64,000 nt of DNA from the NCBI RefSeq assembly GCF_036321535.1, contig NC_087436.1:59832001-59896000 (forward strand), given 5' to 3'. How positions within the stretch are numbered: position 1 is the stretch's first letter; every line of letters begins with the position of its first letter. This document shows positions 49,636 to 63,240 of the stretch, in pieces. Under the pieces are notes generated by a model. That model searched no databases, was not told the origin of the DNA, and saw nothing but the letters and a program-made list of their open reading frames with translations. Source of the stretch: Camelus dromedarius. Its lineage: Eukaryota. Made by a program: the position numbers and the translations under genes.

Positions 49636-51344
49636 CCATCCTTCCTTACTTGTCATGTTAAAGAGCAACCAAATCTTATCACCAGATAAGATTTATTCTA
49701 TGATATATTGAAGTACCCATCAAAGTATAGATTAATGTCCAAAATAGCCAACTATTTCCATTGCTTTTTAGATATTTTGTCAATAAATAATGTTAGATAT
49801 TCTAACCTTTTGATTAAAATGCAATATATTTCAAAACATCAGAGGCAGTCATAACTAAATGTGTAACCACAAGCGTGTGTAAAATCTTCCTTCCCTACAA
49901 GATTGGAATTAATCTTACCCTGTTCCCCTCTATTAGTAATAAATATTATGAATTACTAGAATCCGTCATTTCACCAAAACATATAAATAAGGAAGTCATG
50001 AAAATATCTTCAGGCCAAAATTTATCTATAACAATATCATTTTTGAAAGATAACTATTTGGTATGTAAATGCAAAAGCTGAGCCTGAACATAATATGTCT
50101 GAATGCCAGCACTAATATTTATACGTTATGACCCAGTTTATTTGCCTGAGTGTCACATTAACCTCAAGGCTTGAGATGCCCCCATGTTATTTCACAGCAG
50201 AACATTACATACACCAGTGAACATTATTACCTCTGAGAGACATAATAATTTCAAGAAATGAACCATTATATTAGGATTTTTTAATCTACTTTTTGGTACA
50301 TATCCATGCCATTAATTTTCTATAAAATGATGCATAGTACCTTAAGAAAAAAAATAATAAAAAGTCATTTATAGACATACTAGAAAAAAGTTTCTTCATA
50401 ATAATATAGTGAAAAAATGAGAAAACTCTATTCAATGGAAGTATAATAAAAACTGGTAGAAAATTACCTCTGGCAAAGAAGAGATATACTTACTGATAAT
50501 ATACTCCAAGTGCATATATTTATCATTTCTGTATTCAAATTTTTATAAAGCATTATATACTCATCCAAAAAATTACACTTACTTTCCTTCAGAGACAAAT
50601 TTCTGAGGAAAAATAAATTATGACCAAATAGATATCTACATTTTATAAGATAAAAAGTATAATATATCCCTTTCTCCTCAGGATCAAGAAAATCATCAAA
50701 AGAAAAAGGTACCAATGCAATTTAACCATTAAATATAGCATATGTTAATTATGATTACATTCAAATAAATCAAGTACTATAAAACTAGAAATACATTGCT
50801 AAGATATAATGTGGTAACCAAATTGAATATTTTTACTGTCTCAATATTTTGGGAAAAAATGCACAAATCTTGCACCAAAATTTCTGGTCAGTTTAAACAC
50901 ATTGGCAGTAATAAGTCTAGAAAAATTTTAAAGTGAATTTACATTTTTATTAAACAGTCAAGGGTATACATTTGATTCTAATACAAATACCACTAACCCA
51001 ACATCAAGATTTTCAAGCTGTTCCTATCTTATCTGCATTAGGGCAAGACAGAAAAAGACATAGTGATAGAATGCAACCAGGCAATTTTCCTTAAGAAGGA
51101 AAAATAGAAGAAAATTAATTATATTTTTGATGATTTATAGTCTTGTATACACATTCTATACTAGTCTGTATTTTTGATTTTCAAATATTTTCCCCTTTCT
51201 CTTATCAGCTTATTTTGATTTGTGAACCGATGTATCAGATTTAATACATGACACTGAAGAGTTAGAAACATCAACTTTAGTAGTCCACATTTATACCATC
51301 GTACACATAATTTACAGCAGTGTGCACACTTTTGCATCTAGTTT

Positions 51345-51999
51345 TTTTAGAGCAGGCAGATAGCTAGATATGACTAGAGAAAGGAGGACACAGGCCAAAT
51401 GGCAGGAATTGGGCAGAAAGTGGGACACAGGCCAAATGCAGGAAACCATACATCATATAAGCACTAGGGGTCCTTGGGCAATGAAAGAAAAGCAGGAACC
51501 TCTGGGCTGATATGTGGTTACACCTTTTGGGGTGATGAGTGGCCTGAGACCAACAAAGAAAGGTGGGAAAAGGCAGGAATCTCTAGTGTCCAAATTTAAC
51601 ATTTTGTTCATTATGTCCTCATTTCAATAAAATTAGTCTTGCAGATTAAAACTACCCATCATGCACCAACGCCATGACACTTCTGATCCACGCTAAATAA
51701 GAACAAAAATCCCTTCTCCCTTCGGGAAGGTGGAATTGGGATGAAAATCTGGGAATATGACCCTAGACTCTTCCCCAATCAATGAATATTCCAAGCATTC
51801 ATTTTTACACTCTATGTAACCAATTTGCCAAAGAAATTACGTGCAGCCACTCTCCTGAGCCTGCCTGCCCTCCCCTTCAGAGTGTACTATCCATCCCTTA
51901 ATAAATCCTCACTTTACTTTCTTAACCTCTGTGTCTTGTCTCTGAATTCCTTCTGGGATGGGACAAGAATCTGGACACCGATTACATCTACCGGCAACA
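51345..51999 (+). mobile_element. ERV1-type solo LTR, copy 2
   Basis: Homologous to 33550-34129. AATAAA at about 51900-51905, end ggcaaca, and a perfect 4-bp TSD gttt (51341-51344 and 52000-52003). Confidence 0.85.
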
Positions 52000-52099
52000 G
52001 TTTCACCGTATTTAACGTGTTAGTCCTGAGCTCTATGTTTCACCCTCTTGCCCCATGGTCACAGGTACTCACAATTAACGTCGTAACAATGGACTAAGA

Positions 52100-52300
52100 A
52101 TGCTGTATATATCATCTCCAATTCTTCCAATAACCTTGCCATGTATGTATTATTATATCTGTTTTATAGATATTGGAACTAAAATTCAAAGAGCTTAACT
52201 GAATTTCTCAAAAATCACATAGATAGCAAATGGTAGAAACTGGACTCAAACTTTAATTTAAATCCAAATATTTGTACCTCCAGTATCTGAGTTCTTTACA
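52100..52300 (-). mobile_element. MIR SINE fragment
   Basis: tattattatatctgttttatagat...aatcacatagatagcaaatggtaga. Confidence 0.6.
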
Positions 52301-53064
52301 CGGGCGGCTGTGGAGAGACTAAAATAGTCATAAAAGAATAATATGAGACTCAAGGATATTTATCAAGAAGGAAGATGTCTGTGATGTACAGAAAAAAAGA
52401 ACATAGGTTCTGTAATCTTTCACAGCCATTTAAAAATTTTATCCCTACCATCTATTAAAACCATGATCTTCAAAGAGTTACTTGACAGGTAAGACTCAAT
52501 AACTCATTAAGGAGGATGGTGAGAAGACATACCTGTTCACAGAATTACACTGGCAATTAAATTGGGAAATCCCTGTGAAACCAGCTGGCATAATGCCTAT
52601 CAGAGTATCCGAGAAGATACTCAATCCTTTATTTCTTCTTTCATTCTCAGTAGTTAAGGGACTGATGTCAGATAGTAGGTCTTATTCTAAGTAATAGGTA
52701 TCAAAGGGCCATCACACTTTCTTCTTTTCCATCCCCTCACAGAGTCACCACCCAAAGGCACTAAGTCACTGTCCAGGAAGGAGAGACCTGAGTACCAACT
52801 TCTGTTCTTAAATCATCTGCAAACAGGCTTTCCCTCTCTCCATTATCCTGTGGTTACCCCCTGAAAAACAAGTGCTTTTGGAAAGTATTTTGTTACCATC
52901 TATCAAGATGCAAGATAGGTGCACACTGCAAGCCATTCCATTTCTAGGAATCAATCCAGTGGAAATCCTTTCACATATGCCAAAAGGGAGATGTACAAAG
53001 TTATTCATTAAAGTACTATTTGTAAAGGAAAAAACTATTAGAATTCCATTAATAAAGACTTCGA

Positions 53065-53565
53065 TGGGTTTTTTGCTGTCAATACAGCATCACCCTGCTT
53101 CATCTACACTCTCCAGAAATACAGGAAAAGAGACGAGGAGCTGTTCTTCCTAAATTCCCAGAGTGCCAGCAGACTGTGACAATAAAAACCACTTGAATGA
53201 GATTTGGGATGTTAAAGAGTAAGATGTGCCATTATTCTCTGGTGCTGCTGAGGACAGGCACAAGGGCATCAGCAGACAACAGGCTGAAGACTTGGAGTTT
53301 AGCCAATAGCTTTCAGGCATCCTCCTGAGAATTAAACACTTCTATCCCACAGGCAGCACAGATCTGCAGCATCAGCTCACCTGCTCTGCCTGCACTTCCG
53401 GATATCTGGATAGTGAACTTGGGGCCTCTCTAACTTTTGCTGTCTCTGCTCCTCCAAGCATTGCATAAGCCTCAAATTTCTTATATTAAATCCTTTCTTA
53501 TTCAAAAATACTTAGAGTAGCTTTTTTTTTTTTTTTTTTTTCTCTGAGAGAACTCTGACTGATAC
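53065..53565 (+). mobile_element. LTR33-like ERVL LTR
   Basis: 3' end tattaaatcctttc...aaatacttagagtag...gaactctgactgatac. Confidence 0.6.
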
Positions 53566-54127
53566 CTTGGGAGGTAATTCTCAGTGAGTCTGCCATTTCT
53601 GCATAACCTCTGAACAAAGGGCATTGACAACTTTATGCAAGAATGTTTGCAAAACTGCTCCAGGGCAGGGAACAGCTTTGCTTACATTCCAGGGTAATAA
53701 AACTAGAGTCTCTTCTCCCCAGAGGCATTCGAGAGTGACAAAGTAAGTGCCTCCTTCCAGAAGAAAGGGCAGATTTGATTCCTGACCTGGGTAATAAAGA
53801 TGATATTTCCCTGCGGGGAAAAGCTTGGACCAGTTTGTTAGCAGTTCCCTTATAAGGTTCATTCTCTGTGACAAAAATCTCTATGTGTACATTATTCACT
53901 TGGACTCTTTCCTTATTGCCTCCATGGGACTTAGGGGGTGAAGGAGAGGGAGAGTCAGGCACAGAGGAGCAGATGCAAACAGGAATATCATGTTGTTCGC
54001 TGTGCCACAAGTAACTACCTGTCTAAATTCACTTAGGCTCATTGTTTCCTTATCGACTAAATCCACAAAATACAACAAGCTGCCCTAGCAGTTGTTTGCT
54101 GCTTTGAAACTGCTTGGCTACTTATCA
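53566..54127 (+). mobile_element. LTR40b/c-like ERVL LTR
   Basis: ttgggaggtaattctc...aaagggcagatttg...taataaagatgat...ccatgggacttagggg...aactgcttggctacttatca. Confidence 0.7.
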
Positions 54128-54219
54128 ATAGAGTAAAATACCTTCCATGAATGAAATTACTCAGATTGATCTACTAAGATGGAAACTGGGCAGCTGAGAT
54201 AGCCCAATTTTAAAACACA

Positions 54220-57200
54220 AATATTGTCAAAATAGATAAAGCTACAAGACAATACAATATATACAAAAATAATTTGTTGTATATAATGTCTAAAATCATT
54301 CATTCAAATATAAAGGTGTATATAGATTAAAAATAAAATAATGTAAGACTATATACCATGCAAACACTAATCAAAAGAAAGCAGAAAAGGCTATATTAAT
54401 ACTAGCCAGAATAGATTTCAGAGCAAAAATATTACCATGTATAAACAAGGTTATTTCACATTGATAAAGAGGTGTTAAAAACAAGACAACAGGTCCAAAA
54501 TGGAGTCACTTACACTAAGCCCCACATCACCAAATGGAGACTTAATTACTGTTGATTGAGCCTCTCCCAGAAATGGAATCTTAAACCAGTCCATCAGGAA
54601 TCACCTGGTCAGCACTGGTGAGGTATCTGCCTAATAGGTCCCTGCCATCCCCTAAAGGAAAGTGTTCTTGCCACAACCAATCCACTTTTTGCTAGTATAA
54701 CTCCCTTGTTCCTCTTCCCTTCTGCCTATTAAAGTCTTTTATTTTGTATAGCTCCCTGGGGCTTTCTATCTGCTAGAGGGGATGCTGCTCAAATCCTGAA
54801 TTGCTGAGTAAAGCCAATAAGACCTTTAAAATTTACTCAAATGAATTTTGGTTTTAAACTAAGGTTCATTAGTTCAAGAGGACAGAAAATTTGTAAATGT
54901 TTTAGCACCTAATAACAGAATTTCAAAATACACAAAGTAAAACCTGACAGAATGAAAATCCATAATTTTAGTCAGAGATTTCAGTACCCCTCTCTCAATA
55001 CTAATAGGAAAAGTAGACACAAATTCAATAAGAATGTAGAAGAGTGGAACAACACAATCAACCAACTTGACCCACTTGAAATTTATAGACTGCTCCATTC
55101 AATAACAGCACAATACACATTCTTTTCAAGTTCACACACACACACAATTTACCAAAAGAGACCACATTTAGAACTATAAAACAAAAATTAATAAATATAA
55201 AGGAATTCAATTCATACAAAGTATGTTCTCTGACCAAAATAAATTAAAACAGAAATTGGTAACAGGAAATATTGAAATGTTGAGAAAATAAATAACATAG
55301 TTTAAAATTACTCAACAAGAAATCAAAAATGAATTTTTAACTGAATGAAAATAAAAATACAACATACAAAAATTTGTTGGATGTTGAAAAAGCAATACTT
55401 AGGAGGAAATTCAGAGCACTAAACAATTATATGTAAGAGGGAAAAAAAGAAAAATTTGTCAAATAAACACATCTAGCTTCCATCTTGTACTACTGGAAAA
55501 AGAAAATAAAGCCCTATGTAAGTAAAAGAAAAAAATAATGTAGATAAGAATAAAATATATAATACATAGAAGACAACAAGTAGAGAAATTCAATATAACC
55601 AAAAGTTGGCTCTGAGAGGATTAATAAAATTGATAAACCTTTAGCCAGTGTTGGGAGATGGTAAAGAGAAACAGAGAGACAGAGACAGAGAAAGACAGAG
55701 AGGAAGGAAGAAAATGCATTTGTCATATTCCAACATCCATTTCTGACAAAAACTCTCAGAAAACCGGGAGCATAAAGGAACTTCACAATCTGAAAAAGGA
55801 TATCTATGAAAAATACACAGGTGACATCATACTTAACTGTGAAACTCTGAAAGCATTTCTACAAAGATTAGGAACAAACAGAGGTATCTGCTCTTATCAC
55901 TACTGTTCATTATTTTACTGCAGTTTCTGGCCTATGCAATTAAGCAAGAATAAAACATGAAAGGCATAGAGATTGGAAAGGAAGAAATACAACTGTTCTT
56001 TATTTACATATGACATAATTGTGTTAGAACATCTGAAATTATTAAAACTAATAAAGTTAGCAAAGCTACAGTATATAAGATCAATATATAAAAATCAATT
56101 ATGTTCTATATTCTGGTAACAAACAATTAAAGCATGAAATAAAATAATTCCACTTATAATAGCATCAAACATAGGAAACACTAAAGGATAAATATGACAA
56201 AACTATGCAAGACTTGTATACTGAAAACCACAAAACATTGCTTAGATAAATAAGACCTAAACAGATATATATACTATATGTTCATAAATAGAAAGACTTT
56301 ATATTGCAAAAATAACAATTCTTACCAAATTCATCTATAATTAAATGTACTCTCAATCAAAATCCCAGCTGAGTTTTTTGGTGGAAATTGACTAGTTGAT
56401 TCTAAAATTCAAAAGGAACTTAAAAAACGTCAAACAGTCAAAATGACTTAAAAGAAATCACATATTTGAAGGACAAATGCTACTTGATTTCAAGACTTAT
56501 TATTAAGCTACAATAACCAGGATAGTGTGTTATGGGCATAAATTTAGGCAAATAAATCTATGGAACAGAATACAAAGTCCATAAATAGATCCACATATAT
56601 AAGAATAACTAATTTTTGACAAAAGTACAGAGACAATTTATTGAATAAAAGACAGTTTTTCAAACAGATGATTGTGGAAAAATCAGATATCCATACAACA
56701 ACAACAATAAAAAAATGGAATTCATGCCATAGCTCATTCATTCATACAAAAATTAGTCTACAAATATTCAGAGACATAACTGTAAGACCTAAACCTGTAA
56801 AACATCAAAGAGAAAACATTTGTGGCACTGGGCCAGGGAAATATTTCTTAGACACTGCAACAAAATTTTAATATCAATCCAGAGAATAAATTGATTAATT
56901 GGACTTTATAAAATTAAAAACTTTCTGTCTTCAAAAGACACAGTTCAGATTATGAAAAGATAATCCATAATGTGGAAGAAAATCTTTGCACTAATAGAAA
57001 ATCTTATGTATCTGATAAATGACATGTATCTTGAATACATAAAAAACAATAAAATTTTTTTGAAAATGGGAAAAATATTTAAACGAATACTCCACCAAAG
57101 AAGATACACAAGTGGCAAATAAGCTCAGAAAAAGATGTTCAATGGAGGAAAAAATGCAAAATTAAAACCACAAAGAAATACACACTAATTGGAGAGGCTA

Positions 57201-57745
57201 AAATTAAAAACTGACTCTATCAAATGTTTCCTAGGAAATCTCATATACCACTAGTGGGAATGTAACCTGTTAAAACTACTTTATAAAACAGCTTCATAGC
57301 TTCTTAAATATTTAAACCTGTCCATACCATATGATTCTAGTCTTGGTGTTTTTCCAATCGGATACTACTCAACAATTAAAATGAATGGACTATTGATACA
57401 CACTGCAGCACATATGAATATCAAAATAATCATGTTGAGTGAAAGAAGTCAGAAGTGCATACTGTAGTACATATTGTATGTTTCCATTTATACAAAATTC
57501 TAGGAAATAATAATGACAGAAAGCATAATCTATTGTTGCTTGGAGCTTTGGGAGGAGGGACTAGAAGGAGATATTACATAGAGGCAAAAGACAATTCTCG
57601 GAGGTGAAGGCTATGTTCACTATCTTGATCTTGGTAATGGTTTCATGGATGTATAACTGATTCAAAATTTAATAAACTCTATATTTTAAGTACATGCAGT
57701 GTATTGTAAGCTAGTTATAACCTAATAAAACTGCATAAATAAAAA
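54220..57745 (+). mobile_element. Old L1 (L1MC/MD/ME-type): degraded ORF2 from the endonuclease region to the 3' UTR
   Basis: A-rich plus strand with ORF2 motifs (catgcaaacactaatcaaaagaaagc, tatgttctctgacca, ggcatagagattggaaaggaagaa, gatttcaagacttattattaagctaca) and 3'-UTR gttcactatcttgat...taataaaactg. Many stops and frameshifts. Confidence 0.9.
54473..54860 (+). mobile_element. ERV1-type solo LTR (MER34/MER39-like) nested in the L1
   Basis: Starts tgttaaaaac..aggtccaaaatggagtcactta. The 4-bp flanks are gagg/aagg, and the L1 sequence is continuous across the insertion. Confidence 0.8.
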
Positions 57746-59030
57746 CTAACATGTAGCTTATAGTAACACAAAATACATGATGAATGTAATTACAGAATAA
57801 CACAAATTCAGTAGAGAAGTTATAATACCATTCACTCAACTCTAGAATAATCAAAGAGGCATGAATCAAACAGATTAGATAAGCTTTTGATTTTTTTAAA
57901 GTTGATCTCTGATTTTCCTATCACAGGACATTTTATTTCTACAGCTTATTTAAAGCACTGTGACTCTTGATTTCAACTTTACAAAAGTCCGCTGGCTTAT
58001 TTGTTAAGTAAACCAATGAACAGAATTTACATTTCTATAGAAACAGACATTACATTTTGTAAAAATCCTGTGTGTGAAACTGAAAACTTAAGAAACTGAA
58101 CTTTCAGATCAGTACTAACTAGTCATGTGAATGAGAATTATTAAAAATAAGTCATAAAAACACTGAAACATTTTAACTATAAATTTTAAATCCCTTGTAG
58201 CAAATTATTTATCCTTTCTGTTGTCTTTTCTTGATAATATCTGAGGCCCAGTATTCAATATTTCAGGCTATCATTTATCACAAATTCTCCTACTTCAATA
58301 TCCTTCACATTTCTTAAAATCACGGTCTTTTCTAAAATTGTTACTTTCTTTAAAATAATCTTATGATAGATTTTAATTATCTAATCTGGCATCTAACTTA
58401 CTATTTATGCTTTCAAGTCTCTATTTGTAATGAAAAATAACTGGTTTAGCAACTATTTTTATGGGGATATACTCTTGCATTTATCAGTAACAGGAGCACT
58501 GAATTCCTTACTTCTTCATATTGATTGTACCTGACTGTCACCAGGAACATCTAAAGCAGTAAACTCAATACCTAAGCTAGTTTATTGAACTGACACTTTA
58601 AATTCTTCTAGGAAAAATCAAGTAAACTCAAGCTCAGAATGTGTTTTATCACTATATATTGTCAATACAGAGATAAGTTTAAACACTAAATTTTTAAAAA
58701 GTGTATCACAGTTAGTGCTTGTCCTATACTTTAAATCAGTAACATATAACATCTATATCCTTTATATTTAATTCACCATAATGAAATTAGATATGAATAA
58801 GCTTTGAAAAACATTCAATAACTTTCTCAATTGAATAAAGAAAAAATTCCCTACTATATACACTTAACATAATGCTTATAAATATATTTTAATTTGCTTT
58901 TGACTTTTTAATTTTGATTTCTAAATTTGTTTTTATTTTTAGTGTGCATATTTTAACTTGCTCTTTTAAAATTCTTGTAACTTGATTTTAAAATGGAAAG
59001 AATTTTTGTTTTCTAATTTGGGTCTATATA

Positions 59031-59212
59031 AGTGCTATCAAAGGGTGCTCTACAGACCATAAGGATTAGCACCAATTGAGAGTATATTAGAAACGCAAAT
59101 GCTCAGACCCCACATATTGACTCAGAATCCCTGATAATGGAGTCCAAGAATAAACCAGTGCTTTACCAAACTCTCCAGGTGATATGGAGACACTAAAGTT
59201 TGTGCAGCACTA
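59031..59212 (+). mobile_element. MER5A-like hAT-Charlie MITE
   Basis: agtgctatcaaagg...ttagaaacgcaaatgctcagacccca...ctccaggtgat..acactaaagtttg..cagcact. Confidence 0.7.
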
Positions 59213-60605
59213 GCCTACATATATGACTGCTTAGGTTTTCCTCCCTTTCTACATAAATTCTGTTCCACTACAACCACCACCACCCCCATGGAAAAATGCT
59301 CTGTCCAATATAGTCTGAGGAAGTAATAATATTGGGTTCCCTATTATTATTCCTTAATTTTTATAAAATTGATGTTTCAATTCAAAAAGAGAACACTTAG
59401 GTCTGGTTGAGGGGCACAAAGAAAATGTACAATATTAATATTGAAAACTGAAGTACAATGGTCTCTCACTTTATAATATTTTAGATTACTAATTAAGATC
59501 AGAATCAAGAAAGGACTTGATTTCACGATCATGTTCACATCTTTAAAGCCAACGTATGTTTATATTTATTTTATTCCTTGGTGAAATTATTTCAATTATG
59601 TCTGACAAGCACAAACTAAAACTACGTATCTTCCAAGGACAATTAATATAAAAGATTTAAAATATTAAGTTGATCTTGAATTCCTTCTAGTACTTAGAAA
59701 AATTTTACAAATGTACTCAAACTTGCCTGAGTTGCTTTAACTATTAATGTATAAATATTTCAAGTATCTACCATCATTTTCAAATTTGAAGTGTTCCTTA
59801 CTTCTAGTTTACTTATATTTTAAATCTTTATATATACTGATTTAAAGTATAGAACAAGCACCAACTGTTATAACTTTTAAAAATTTAATGTTTAAGCTTA
59901 CTTCTGTATTGACACTATAAAAAATTTAGCTGTTAAAATGACTGCTTGAGGTGACAATATTTTCTTTGCCTTTACATAAAAACCTGTACAGAAAGGTAGA
60001 CAATTCAAAAACTAAGTCATTTTCTGGAGGTATAGTACTATACTAGGATTATTCTCTCTAATACCATCATTTATTCAACCTTACTCAACAAATCTTTCAA
60101 ACTTCACTCCCACTCTGACTCCTGTTCTACCTGTTCTAATTTTAATAAATGCTTTCCTATTCTACCGAACTTAATAATGTCTCCCATTGACCCTCATAGC
60201 TCTGTGTATTCATTATTCTTTAGCACACTTTTTTTTCTTTTTAGTATCCTAGTTACTAGTATATTTGCCTTATTGCACCAGTCCTTCCTAGATCATAATT
60301 TACTTCATGGGTAGGGACTATGTTTCATTTCCACAATGTTAGAAAAGCATGATACAGATTCTGTTTATTTACAGACCAGGCACTTCTTACTTATTTAGAG
60401 TCATACAGTATGTCCAGTTGACTTTGGCATCACATTGTGAGTTTGACTATTAATACAAAATCAGAAAAGCATCATCTTATTTCTTTATGAATATTTTTCT
60501 TTATGTCTACATATATCTCTACCTCTATCCCTCTACCTACCTAAAAGTTATACAGAATAATTAGAGTTAATTGTGTAAAATTAAAAAGAAAAATTAACCT
60601 AAAAA

Positions 60606-60653
60606 AGAAATTGACACAACATTGTAAACTGACTATACTTTAATAAAAAACAA
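60606..60653 (+). mobile_element. Extremely 5'-truncated L1 (3' tip only)
   Basis: agaaattgacacaacattgtaaactgactatacttt is the reverse complement of the L1 end at about 6105-6142. TSD aaaaattaacct at 60589-60600 and 60654-60665. Confidence 0.8.
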
Positions 60654-62039
60654 AAAAATTAACCTGAAAAAAAAAAGAATATATTGTGTAAGTGCTATCA
60701 GGCATGCTTATCCTTTCTTAATCTTAATTTTTTTAGAAGAGGTAGACTATACGCAAAAGTGAGGGTCTAAATATCCAGTTGGTTTAATTTATTTAGAATG
60801 ATTACTAAAAATTTACTCTACTATAAACAGCAGAATTAGCAGAGTTCCCTTTTCATGTACTATATTATTCATCTATTTCACAAATATTCAATATGTACTA
60901 TGTATCAGCCAGAGAACAAGGAATAAGGTGTGCATCTTTCTTTTAAAGAACTTAGATCCTAGGGGAAGAAAAAGAAAAAAAAAATCAATGTGATTTGGTG
61001 GTATATATTAGCTCTTAACAATACAGTTCAATCTGCAAAGTCATGATTTTCAATAAGCGTCACGATTTCTTGCCTTGAGATTGCTAGAATTGGTATTCAC
61101 AGGTCCTAAGCAGTAATGAATTTAAAAATCCAAATTGTAGTTTTTCTTATTTATAAAAACGTCTAATGATTTTTTGTCAATCATACCTTTTTTTTTTTAC
61201 TATTTAGTTGATTAATATTAACATATATATTCTAAAACAACTTAAAACTTAAAAATCTTATGCAGTGAAACAAAGAGAGTTTTTTTAACTACTCCCTAGC
61301 TTAAAATTGTGATATTTTAAAACATCTTTACATTTGAATATAAAATTCTAGAGCACAGTTTCATTGCAAGGCAATGAAAAATATGTGTAACTTTTACAAT
61401 TTTCTTAAAAATTTTTACTATGTTGTCCCATGTTGAAGGGTGTCAAATTGAAAAACAAAATCTTCTTAAAGTAGAAAATTATTGAGAGAATGGGTCTTTA
61501 ACAACTGTGCTTTCAGTTTTGGAATTCTATTTCAAAATTTGAAAACAGAGTTTTCTGATGGAATAATTAAAACATATTTATGGAAATACAGAAAATAGAT
61601 GCAATATGGTATAACAATAGTCTCAATCTCAGCATCATTAGGTTTCCCTTTGTAGTACTAAAAAGAAAACCTGTAATTACAAAAGATTCCAAATACTAAT
61701 CAATTTTTAAATTTTATAAAAATAAACAATTAACAGTAATACTGACTATAAGTCATTTGCTTATTAGAATGAGTGCTCGAGAATGTATGGTTTTCTACTA
61801 ATTGTATATGTTATTCTTCAGGAAAAAACAGTCTCAGGAAATAATGAAAAGGATATTATTGTGACTGCATTAGAAAAGAGGAACTTAGTAAAAGCACAGG
61901 TTATGGGGACAGGTAAAGAAGACTTGACCCAGGATTCCCTACTTATTAGCTACATGTCCTGAACAATTTACATTTGTTCAATCATTAAATAATTCATCTT
62001 TCAACAGGTACTTATTGAGCATGTACTCTGTTAGATATT

Positions 62040-62530
62040 TGTGTTAGTTTTCTATGGCTGCTATTAACAAATTACCACAAACTTAGTGGCTTAAACTTAT
62101 ACAAACATATTATTTTATAGTAGGTCTGAAGTCTGACATGGGTCTCCCTGGGTTAAAATCAAGATGTTGGCAGGGCTGTGTTCCTTTTTGGTGGCTATAG
62201 GGGAGAAGCCCTCTCCTTGCCTTTCTCAGCTTCTTAAAGCCACCTGCATTCCTCAGTTCATGGCCTCCTTTCTATTTTCAAAGCTAGCAATGGAGGGGTG
62301 AATCCTCTCCACATGGCTTCATTCTGGCACTGACTCTGCCTCCCCATTCCACTTTTAAGAACTCCTGTGTTTGCACTGAATCCAACCAGGCAACCGAGGG
62401 CAATCTCCCCATCTCAAGATCCCTAACTTAATCACATCCACAAAGTCCCTTTCACCATGTATGGTAACAGCATCACAGGTTATGGGAATTAGGGTGTAGA
62501 CATTCCTGGGGGCCCATTATGCCTATGATA
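62040..62530 (-). mobile_element. MLT1C/D-like MaLR solo LTR, inserted in an L2 tail
   Basis: tgtgttagttttctatggctgc..taacaaattaccacaaacttagtggcttaaa...aatctccccatctcaagatccctaacttaatcacatc. Confidence 0.85.
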
Positions 62531-63099
62531 GCACTGTACTAGCAGTGTTGATAAGGTTCTTGAAAAGGTTTCAGGAAAGGTTCCTGACTCCACAAAACTT
62601 ACAGGTAAACAAATTGTGAGGTTAATTTGTAGAAAACTGTTCACAATGTAAATGATTCTTGTCTAAAAGCAATGGAAGTTACTCCTGTCCATTATAATCT
62701 AAATGAATGTTGTCAATTACAGATGTGATTAATTTCTGTCTGGTAGGAAAAATAATCCCAAACAGTATAGATTATTGCTCTATAAGATATTAAATAATTT
62801 TGTACCTATTAGAAAATTTATTTCAGTATTCCCTGATTAACTATACAAATCTATTTCTTCAAATTCTCCTTTAAACCAATGTTAGCATCTTCTAATTATC
62901 TCATCCATTAATTAGTTGAATAAAACCATTTTTTTGTTCATTTGTATTTATATGAAGGTCAAGTTTTTCAACTTTTTGAAAATTATACCTTAGCAAAGTG
63001 GAACAGAACTGTATTAAAAATCGTTCTTTGCCAATATTTTATCTTCTGGAAAGTTAAATTTAAGACGCATTGGAACATCTAAATGGACATCACTCTTAA

Positions 63100-63240
63100 T
63101 GAGTTTCTTTTTTCTTTTGAAAAATGAGGTAATAAAAGAAAATAATAAATCTCATGATATTTTTGTGAGATTTAAATGAGATAATGTATTTAGCATAGCA
63201 TCTGACACATAGTGGACCCTAAATACATGACAGTTATTTC
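63100..63240 (+). mobile_element. MIR 3' half
   Basis: aaaatgaggtaataa...ttgtgagatttaaatgagataatgtat..tagcatagcatctgacacatagt. Confidence 0.65.

Noticed and set aside
33550..51999. A single 18-kb provirus bounded by the two similar LTRs
   Set aside because: Each LTR has its own TSD, and they differ by indels. The interval has no gag/pol/env or primer-binding site and is full of older repeats.
10..56871. The many 60-125 aa ORFs in the six-frame track as genes
   Set aside because: They are low-complexity translations of AT-rich DNA or repeats with no recognisable domains. Only the CCSER1 exon and the L1 ORF2 remnants are interpretable.
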